Assembly: GCA_046757205.1 (NCBI GenBank)
Contig: JBHHXR010000001.1
Span: 1-43,032, forward strand
DNA: 43,032 nt
Source: Paracoccaceae bacterium
Lineage (GTDB): Bacteria; Pseudomonadota; Alphaproteobacteria; Rhodobacterales; Rhodobacteraceae
Reading direction: 5' to 3'
A program made the position numbers and the translations under genes. Positions 18,592 to 25,789 of this stretch are shown here, in pieces; positions within the stretch are counted from its first letter, which is position 1; the number at the start of each line of letters is the position of its first letter. The notes below the pieces were generated by a model, which was given only the letters and a program-made list of their open reading frames with translations, was not told the DNA's origin and did not search any database.

Positions 18592-20037
18592 ATGTCGATT
18601 AACCGGCGTTTCAGCTTCGGTGTCGCGTGGATGTTCATGGGCGGCTGGGCCGAGCAGGGCGTGAATTTCATTGTCGTCGTGCTGCTGGCGCGTCTTCTGG
18701 GCGCCGAGGTCTTCGGGCTGGCGGCGATGTCGGCGGCCCTTGTCATCCTTGCCGAAGGTCTGGTGCGCGAGACGCTGACAGAGCCGCTGATCGCGCGCAA
18801 GGACGTGGAACCGGGGCATCTCGACGCGGTTTTCTGGATACTTTCGGTGTTCTCCGTGGCCATCGCCCTGATCATCGTCGGCAGCGCCCACTGGATCGCG
18901 CTGTTCTACGGCGACGAGCGGGTAACGGGACTGACCCAGGCATTCACCATCGGCATCCTTCTGACCGGGGTGGCCGGCGTACCGATCGCCATTCTGCGGC
19001 GGGAAATGGATTTTCGCACGCTTGCCCTGCGGGCGATCGCAGGGGCGGTGGCGGGCGGCGTTGTCGGTATCGGCATGGCGCTGGCAGGTTTCGGCGTATG
19101 GAGCCTGGTCGGCCAGCGCATCGGGCTTCTGTCGGTCGATACGGCGCTGGTCTGGGCGGTGGCGCGCTGGCGGCCCGGTTTTACGGCGGGGCGGCGGCAT
19201 TTCCGCGAGGTTTCCGGTTTTGGCGCCAAGGTGCTGGGTCTGACCACCGCCGATCTCGTTTCGGCGCAGACGCCGAATGTCGTTATCGGCGCGGTTCTCG
19301 GCCCCGCCGCGCTCGGAATTTTCACGATTTCCTGGCGCTTGGTCGAAGTTGCCGCGGTCCTGCTGTATACGCCGGTCCGGATGGTGGCGCAGCCGGCTTT
19401 CGCGGCGCTGCGGCACGGCGGGGGCAGTGCGGCGGCGCTGTTGTCCGATATCGCCGAGGTTTCCAGCGTGCTGGCGATATCGGCGTTCGCCGGCATGGCG
19501 ATACTGGCGCATCCGCTGGTGCTGCTGCTGCTGGGGCCGGACTGGGGGGAAGCGGCGCCGGTCCTGCAGGTTCTGTGCCTCGTCGGCGCCTATCTCTGCA
19601 TCGAGCGGGTTCAGTACGCGTTCTGTCTGGCGGCGGGAAAGGCCGGCGGGCTGGCGTGGCTGTCGCTGGCGCAGGCGTTGTTGGGGATCTTCGCGATGAT
19701 CGTGGCCGCACCGTTCGGTCTGGTGGCCGTCGCCATCGCCTTCACGGTCCGCTACTACGCGCTGTGGCCGATCCGCTTTGCCATCGTCAAGCGCCTGGGC
19801 GGCATGGGGATAACGCGTTGCGCCGAGATAGTGGCGCCGGTGATCGCGGGCGCCGCGGTAATGGCCGGGGGAGTGGCGCTCTGGCTGCGCCATGCGGCGG
19901 CAAGCATGCCGCCGGTCGTCCTGCTGGCGTCGGGCATCGTGATAGGGGCGGGAATTTTCCTTCTTTTCGCGGCTCTTGCCTTCCGCCGACGGATCGATAC
20001 CCTGCGGCGGCTGCTTGCCGAGGACGAGGGAAGCTGA
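18592..20037 (+). CDS. wzx: Wzx-type oligosaccharide flippase (MOP/PST family polysaccharide biosynthesis protein)
   Basis: 481 aa with about 12-14 TM helices. The N-terminus (VAWMFMGGWAEQGVNFIVVVLLARLLGAEVFGLAAM) is typical of the PST family. Confidence 0.8.
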   Translation: MSINRRFSFGVAWMFMGGWAEQGVNFIVVVLLARLLGAEVFGLAAMSAALVILAEGLVRETLTEPLIARKDVEPGHLDAVFWILSVFSVAIALIIVGSAHWIALFYGDERVTGLTQAFTIGILLTGVAGVPIAILRREMDFRTLALRAIAGAVAGGVVGIGMALAGFGVWSLVGQRIGLLSVDTALVWAVARWRPGFTAGRRHFREVSGFGAKVLGLTTADLVSAQTPNVVIGAVLGPAALGIFTISWRLVEVAAVLLYTPVRMVAQPAFAALRHGGGSAAALLSDIAEVSSVLAISAFAGMAILAHPLVLLLLGPDWGEAAPVLQVLCLVGAYLCIERVQYAFCLAAGKAGGLAWLSLAQALLGIFAMIVAAPFGLVAVAIAFTVRYYALWPIRFAIVKRLGGMGITRCAEIVAPVIAGAAVMAGGVALWLRHAAASMPPVVLLASGIVIGAGIFLLFAALAFRRRIDTLRRLLAEDEGS

Positions 20038-20052
20038 CGCCGGCGCAGCCGG

Positions 20053-21393
20053 TCAGACCTTCACCAGCCTGCCTTGCGCCACGCGCAGTCCGAGCTTGGC
20101 GAACACGTTTCGCGTATCGAATATGAGCTTCGCCCCGGCGGCGAGAAGCGCGTAGTCGACGGTGCTGTGGTCCGTCGCCACGACAACCGCGTCGTAACCC
20201 GATACGGCTTCGGCATCGAGCCGGACCGACGCCCGGCCGGCCAGACCGGGATGATCGCGGGTGTGCGGGAAGACCGGAAAATAAGGATCGTGGTAGTCGC
20301 AGGCGGCTCCCGCTTCCTCGATCAGACCCAGCATTTCGAGTGCCGGGCTCTCGCGGCTGTCCTCGACATCGCGCTTGTAGGCGATCCCGACCATCAGAAT
20401 GCGCTTGCCGCGAAGGCTGCCACCGGGCATTGCGGCGCCGAGGCGTTCCACGATCCGGCCCGGCATTCCAGCGGCGAATTCGCGCGCCGTGTCGATCAGC
20501 GGTGTTCCGGCGCCCAACTGGCGGGCCCGCCACGACAGGAAAGCGGGGGAGACCGGGATACAGTCTCCGCCGACGCCGGGGCCGGGATAGAACGGCATGT
20601 AGCCGAACGGTTTCGTGGCCGCCGCGTCGATCACCTCCCAGATATCGACACCCATCTCGGAAAAAGCGAATTTCATCTCGTTTACCAACGCGATGTTGAC
20701 GTTTCTGAAGGTGTTTTCGGCAAGTTTCACGGCCTCGGCCGTCGCTGTGGAACTGACCGGGACGGCCCGCTCCACGATTTGCGAATACAGAAGCTGGATA
20801 AGCTCGAGCGAGTGCGGATCGTCCGCGCCAACGATTTTCGGTATGGTCCGCGTGGTGTAGGTCTCGTTTCCCGGATCCTCGCGCTCCGGCGAAAACCCGA
20901 GGAAGAAATGCGTCCCCGACCGCATTCCGCCGGACTCCAGAACCGGGCGCAGCACGCTGGCCGTGGCCCCCGGCCACACCGTCGACTCCAGCACGACAAG
21001 CTGTCCCGAACGCAGATTCCCGGCGATCGCCTCGGCGGCTCTCACGACATGTCCGAGTTCCGGTTCGCGGCTGACGCTCAATGGTGTCGGCACGCAGATC
21101 ACGATGACGTCCATCTCCGACAGACGCGACAACTCGGCGGTTGCGGAAAAACGGCCCGACGCCACCGCATCGGCGATTCTGGTCTCGGCGAAATAGGAGA
21201 TGACGCGTTCGCCAGCGTTGATCCTGTCCACCCGGTCGGCGTTGATGTCGAAACCTACGGCGCGGAAGCCGGCGTCGTGCACCGTGAGCGCAAGCGGCAG
21301 GCCGACATATCCCAGACCGACGACCCCAATCCTCGCGCTCTTGCTTTCGAGCCGGGACTTGGTCTCGGAGAACAATGAAAATGTATGCGTCAT
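20053..21393 (-). CDS. Nucleotide-sugar 6-dehydrogenase (UDP-glucose/GDP-mannose dehydrogenase family; N-terminus resembles the WbpA/WecC/TviB subgroup)
   Basis: Contains IGVVGLGYVGLPLALT...VIVICVPTPL...catalytic region GGDCIP...central and C-terminal UDPG_MGDP_dh domains. Confidence 0.88.
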   Translation of the reverse strand: MTHTFSLFSETKSRLESKSARIGVVGLGYVGLPLALTVHDAGFRAVGFDINADRVDRINAGERVISYFAETRIADAVASGRFSATAELSRLSEMDVIVICVPTPLSVSREPELGHVVRAAEAIAGNLRSGQLVVLESTVWPGATASVLRPVLESGGMRSGTHFFLGFSPEREDPGNETYTTRTIPKIVGADDPHSLELIQLLYSQIVERAVPVSSTATAEAVKLAENTFRNVNIALVNEMKFAFSEMGVDIWEVIDAAATKPFGYMPFYPGPGVGGDCIPVSPAFLSWRARQLGAGTPLIDTAREFAAGMPGRIVERLGAAMPGGSLRGKRILMVGIAYKRDVEDSRESPALEMLGLIEEAGAACDYHDPYFPVFPHTRDHPGLAGRASVRLDAEAVSGYDAVVVATDHSTVDYALLAAGAKLIFDTRNVFAKLGLRVAQGRLVKV

Positions 21394-21488
21394 AATACCT
21401 TCAACTCAACTGTCCGCGGAGGCAGACTTGCCCAATGAATCTGGCGATATTATGCCCTTCCGATGCGATGCAAGTCCAATTTGCGGAA

Positions 21489-22596
21489 TCAGATGCGGTA
21501 TTTCTCGCGTACATAGTCCGACGTTGCCTTCAGCCCGGCCGCGAAATCGAATTCGGGCCTGTATCCTAGAATTTCGCGCGCGTGCCGGACCGAGACTTTG
21601 CCGCGGCACTTGTAAAGCCGAATTTCATCGCCGGCCGGGACGTAGACCGAAGAACCGGCCATGCGTCTGAGCGATGCGACGTGCCGGCGGAGCCAGTCCA
21701 CGCCGTTTCTTCCGATCCGCCGGCGGAGCGCCGCGCTCAGCCTTGCGGAGGCGGACGGCGTGTTGGCGCCGGGATCACCCGGCGGCGGCTTTCCGGGATC
21801 GGGAAGGTCGCGCAATTCCACCGTCCCGCGGCCAAGCAGACCGGCGTAACCGCGATAGAAGTCGGGCCAGCCTACGGGGGCCGGGCCGGAAACGATACAG
21901 CGTTCGGCCCCTGAAACACCGGCAACGGCCGCCTTCAGCGCCGCCTGAACCACATCGCCGACGAAAACGGCGTGACACAGACCTTCGGGGTTTCCGGGCA
22001 GCACGACGGTACCGGCGAGCAGCCGCTCTATCGGCAGATCGGTCCACAGGAAGCTGTGCGGTCCGTAGACGATAGTCGGTTGCAGACAGATCGTCGTCGT
22101 TCCTTCCCCGGCGGACAGGTCGGCGAGGCGGGATTCCATCGCCGCCTTGGCGGCGCGGTAGGTGTTGGCGGGGCCGGCCACCGGCGAGGACTCGCTGACG
22201 TTCCGTTCGGGCCAGTCCTCGTAGACGACGACGGAGCTTGCGTGAACGATCCGGGCGATCCCCGCAGACCTCGCGGCCGAGACCAGACCGTCGAAGGCCC
22301 GCAGGTTGTCGGCACCGCTGGCGCGCATGTCGTACGCGAAGTTGAACAACACGTCGCAGTCGCCGAGCACGCCGGAGAGGGCGTCGGCATCGCTCAGATC
22401 AGCGCTGACGACCCGGACGTCCGGCGCCGCCGCAAACAGCCTTCCCGGATTTCCACGCACCACAGCCGTCGCGCGGGCGCCGGATTTCGCCAATTCCCCG
22501 ACCAGAGCCCGGCCGATGAAACCGCCGGCGCCGGTTACCGCGACGCGCAGACCCTGCAGTTTCCGAACGGTGGCGTCATCGACCAAGGCGGCCCTC
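21489..22596 (-). CDS. NAD-dependent epimerase/dehydratase (extended SDR)
   Basis: Contains VAVTGAGGFIGRALV...YRAAKAAME (YxxxK). The proposed TTG start at 22596 is preceded by AGGAGAGG with a 6-nt spacer. The upstream 600 aa of the listed 966-aa ORF runs antisense to real genes and is not coding. Confidence 0.75.
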
Positions 22597-22745
22597 TCCT
22601 GCGCTGCGGCGGCCGGTGTGAGGCAACGATACCGCGCGCCGGCAGCAATGTGAAGAATCGGAGCGATAGGCGGTGACAGAAGCCCGGACCGTGTGTTATT
22701 CGCAAGCCGATTCAGGCGTCTAGGCGTAAAAAGGTTTATCGGTTC

Positions 22746-23720
22746 ATGAAGGTTCTGATCACTGGCGGCGCCGGGTTCATCGGCTCCCATCTCGGCGAAC
22801 GTCTTCTCTCCGAAGGGCATACGGTTGTCGCTCTGGACGATCTGTCCACCGGCAGCGTGGAAAACCTCGTGCTGTGCCGCGAATGGCAGACCGCGTTCCG
22901 GTTCGTCGAGGGAACCGTGCTGAACAAGGAACTGGTCGACGGCCTGGTGGGCGAGGCGGACCTCGTCTATCACCTCGCGGCGGCGGTCGGCGTGCGGCTG
23001 ATCATGGACGAGCCGAGCCGGTCGATCCTGACCAACGTGGTGGGAACCGAAAACGTCCTGAATGCCTGTGTCGCGCGCAGGCGGCGCGTGTTCGTCGCGT
23101 CGACGTCGGAAGTCTACGGCAAGGCCACCAAGTTTCCTTTGAGCGAGGACGACAACCTGACGATCGGCGCCACGGTCAACCTGCGCTGGTCCTATGCCTG
23201 CGCCAAGACGCTCGACGAGTTTCTTACGCTGGCCTACGTGCGCGAGGCGGCGCTGCCGGCGACGGTACTGCGCTTCTTCAACACTACCGGGCCGCGGCAG
23301 ACCGGGCGCTACGGCATGGTCCTGCCGTCCTTTGTCGTGGCGGCGCTGAAGGGCGAGCCGCTGCTGGTTCACGGCACGGGCGAGCAGTCGCGCTGCTTCG
23401 GGCATGTGCTCGATGTGGTCGAGGCGCTGATTCTGCTGGCGCAGACGCCCGGCGCCATCGGCGAGGTTTTCAATATCGGCAATGACGGCGAAATCACCAT
23501 CCGGGCGCTGGCCGAACGGATAAGAACCGCGACCGGCAGCGCCTCGGAAATCCGCACCGTTCCCTATTCCGAGGTTTACCAGGAGGGATTCGAGGACATG
23601 CAGCGCCGGGTGCCCGACGTCTCGAAACTGGAACGGATGACCGGCTTCCGCCCGCGCCGGCCGCTGGAACAGATCATCGCCGACGTGATCGCCGAGAAAC
23701 GGCAGTCGCTCGGGATTTGA
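22746..23720 (+). CDS. NAD-dependent sugar epimerase/dehydratase (extended SDR; UDP-sugar 4-epimerase or decarboxylase-like)
   Basis: Contains MKVLITGGAGFIGSHL...ASTSEVYG...YACAKTLDE...RFFNTTGPRQ. It is divergent from 21489-22596. Confidence 0.88.
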   Translation: MKVLITGGAGFIGSHLGERLLSEGHTVVALDDLSTGSVENLVLCREWQTAFRFVEGTVLNKELVDGLVGEADLVYHLAAAVGVRLIMDEPSRSILTNVVGTENVLNACVARRRRVFVASTSEVYGKATKFPLSEDDNLTIGATVNLRWSYACAKTLDEFLTLAYVREAALPATVLRFFNTTGPRQTGRYGMVLPSFVVAALKGEPLLVHGTGEQSRCFGHVLDVVEALILLAQTPGAIGEVFNIGNDGEITIRALAERIRTATGSASEIRTVPYSEVYQEGFEDMQRRVPDVSKLERMTGFRPRRPLEQIIADVIAEKRQSLGI

Positions 23721-23885
23721 CCGGCTCCCCGGGCGAGGATGCGCGCCGAACGGCGCAAGAGCTGCCTGCGGAAGTGGCGTCAGCTCGTTGCGAAAGCCGC
23801 GTGTACCGGACATAGTCCGGCGTGAAACGGCGGCGCGCCGGCACCATGCGGAATTGACCGCCGGAAGAACGGGGGTGCGAAGTTC

Positions 23886-25208
23886 ATGACGCAGAAAACC
23901 GACTGGTCGCCGGACGCTACCGCCGCCCGCCGCGACCGCTTCTACGCCGCTTCGCAGAGGAAGTTCGTGCCGTTTCGCGATCCCATCGTGTTCCGCAAGG
24001 GGCGGGGCCAGTATCTCTGGGACGAGGCGGGCCGGAAATACATCGATCTGCTGGCGATGAACGTCTGCATTTCGGTCGGTCATTCGCATCCCGAAGTCGT
24101 GGCGGCGGCGACGGCGCAGGCGCGGGAGCTGACGCATTGCACGACGATGTTCCACCATCCGGTTCCGGCGCAGTATGCCGAGGAACTGGCGGGGGTCATG
24201 CCGACGGGCGCAAGAGGCGACGTCGAATGGGTGGTGCATTTCACCAATTCCGGCGGCGAGGCGGTCGACCTGGCGCTCGACATGGCGCGGACCGCGACCG
24301 GCAGCCTCGACATTCTGGCGCTGCGCAACGCCTATCACGGACCGACGGCGGGCGCGCAGTCGGTGACGGGGATCGCCGCCTGGCGCCACGCCGGGATCCC
24401 GGGCAACGTGATTTTCGTGCCGGAGCCTAACCAGTACCGCGGAGCATTCGGCCCCGGCGTTGCGCCGTACCTGGCGGAGATCGATCGGGCGATGGATTCG
24501 GCGACACCGGGTTCGGTTGCCGGGATGATCGTCGAACCGTTACAGGGCTATGGCGGCGTCATCGAAATGCCCGACGGCTACCTGCGGGGTGCCGCCGAAC
24601 GTGTGCGCGCGGCCGGCGGCCTGCTGATCGTGGACGAAGTGCAGACCGGGTTCGGGCGCACCGGCGAGCACATGTGGGGCTTCGAACGCGACGGTGTGAT
24701 CCCCGATATCGTGGTTCTGGCCAAGGGGATCGGCAACGGATTTCCGCTGGGCGCGGTGGTCGCAAGACGCCATGTCGCGGAGCCGATGGGCGGGAAATTC
24801 ACCTTTCACACCTACGGAGCGAACCCCACCAGTTGCGCCGCCGGCCGCGCCGTGTTGCAGGTGCTGCGCGAGGAAAGGTTGCAGGAAAACGCGAAGGCGG
24901 TGGGCGCCGCGCTGCTGGCGCGGCTGAAGGAGTTGCCGGACCGGTTCGAGGCGATCGGCGACGTGCGCGGCCGCGGGCTGATGCTGGCGGTGGAGTTCGT
25001 CAAGGATCGCGGCTCGAAGGAGCCCGACCCCGAAACGACGGCGGCGGTTTTCGAGGCCTGCCGGGATGAGGGGCTGATCATGTCGAAATCCGGCGCCCAC
25101 CGCTCGGTCCTGCGCATGGTGCCGCCGCTGTGCCTGGGGCTGGATGACGTCGGACCCGTTGCCGAGAGGTTCGAAAGGGCGCTTGCCGCCGTTTCCCGAG
25201 GCGCTTGA
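23886..25208 (+). CDS. Class III PLP-dependent aminotransferase (omega-aminotransferase / AGXT2-like)
   Basis: Contains GQYLWDEAGRKYIDLL...HFTNSGGEAVDLAL...LIVDEVQTGFGRTGEHMWGFE...IVVLAKGIGNGFPLGAV. Confidence 0.88.
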   Translation: MTQKTDWSPDATAARRDRFYAASQRKFVPFRDPIVFRKGRGQYLWDEAGRKYIDLLAMNVCISVGHSHPEVVAAATAQARELTHCTTMFHHPVPAQYAEELAGVMPTGARGDVEWVVHFTNSGGEAVDLALDMARTATGSLDILALRNAYHGPTAGAQSVTGIAAWRHAGIPGNVIFVPEPNQYRGAFGPGVAPYLAEIDRAMDSATPGSVAGMIVEPLQGYGGVIEMPDGYLRGAAERVRAAGGLLIVDEVQTGFGRTGEHMWGFERDGVIPDIVVLAKGIGNGFPLGAVVARRHVAEPMGGKFTFHTYGANPTSCAAGRAVLQVLREERLQENAKAVGAALLARLKELPDRFEAIGDVRGRGLMLAVEFVKDRGSKEPDPETTAAVFEACRDEGLIMSKSGAHRSVLRMVPPLCLGLDDVGPVAERFERALAAVSRGA

Positions 25209-25219
25209 CGCCGCGAAAT

Positions 25220-25789
25220 TCAGGTCGTGTAGCGCAGGGACGTTTCCACGGCGTGGAGAAACGAACGGGCCGACGAGCGCGCCGACAGGAGGAGGAAGGT
25301 ATCTTCCATCTCGCGCAGGACGATGCAGCCCATGTGCTCCATGACCGTGCGCGCGGCGCTGCCGGGCGGAAACGCGCTTTCGTGGAGGTCGAGCAGGCAG
25401 ATGCGTTCGAGCGCGCCGAGCGCGCCGGGGCCGGACAGGCGCAGCGCAAACCAGGTATCGCTCTGGTCGGTCAGATACCCGGCACCGCCGGTCTTTTCGG
25501 CCACCACGGAGAGCGCGTCGGGTGGCGCGTGCGGAAACACCACGAACAACTGATCGCGCGCCATGGCCAGCAGGCGAGTGGCGCCGTCGGCGGAGAGGGC
25601 CGATCGGCCGACCGGCGGAACTTCGCAGCCGTAGGCCGCGGTCAGCGCTTCGGCGACCGCAGCTTCACCGCCGAGCGGGGTGGCAAGGGACACGATGGCC
25701 AGATCGGCGACTTCCTCCAGGCGGGTGCCTTCGAAGTCTTCGCTGTAGCCGCCAAGGGCGGGTTGGGCTTTCAGGACGAAGTCAGCCAC
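25220..25789 (-). CDS. soxG: Sarcosine oxidase gamma subunit
   Basis: It sits downstream of soxA. GTG start at 25789 overlaps the soxA stop (GTGGCTGA). Size is about 189 aa, with the typical SoxG N-terminus VADFVLKAQPAL. Confidence 0.8.
   Translation of the reverse strand: MADFVLKAQPALGGYSEDFEGTRLEEVADLAIVSLATPLGGEAAVAEALTAAYGCEVPPVGRSALSADGATRLLAMARDQLFVVFPHAPPDALSVVAEKTGGAGYLTDQSDTWFALRLSGPGALGALERICLLDLHESAFPPGSAARTVMEHMGCIVLREMEDTFLLLSARSSARSFLHAVETSLRYTT

Noticed and set aside
22597-24389. The N-terminal ~600 aa of the listed 966-aa ORF 21489-24389 (-).
   Set aside because: Only the C-terminal ~369 aa (from TTG 22596, preceded by AGGAGAGG) has an SDR signature. The upstream part overlaps, in antisense, the well-supported plus-strand SDR (22746-23720) and aminotransferase genes.
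23886-25208. The aminotransferase as the ArnB-like sugar aminotransferase of the glycan locus.
   Set aside because: It is a class III (omega/AGXT2-like) enzyme, not the DegT/DnrJ/EryC1 family used for nucleotide-sugar amination. It is separated from the locus by 165 bp and faces the sox operon, so it more likely belongs to amine or amino-acid catabolism.
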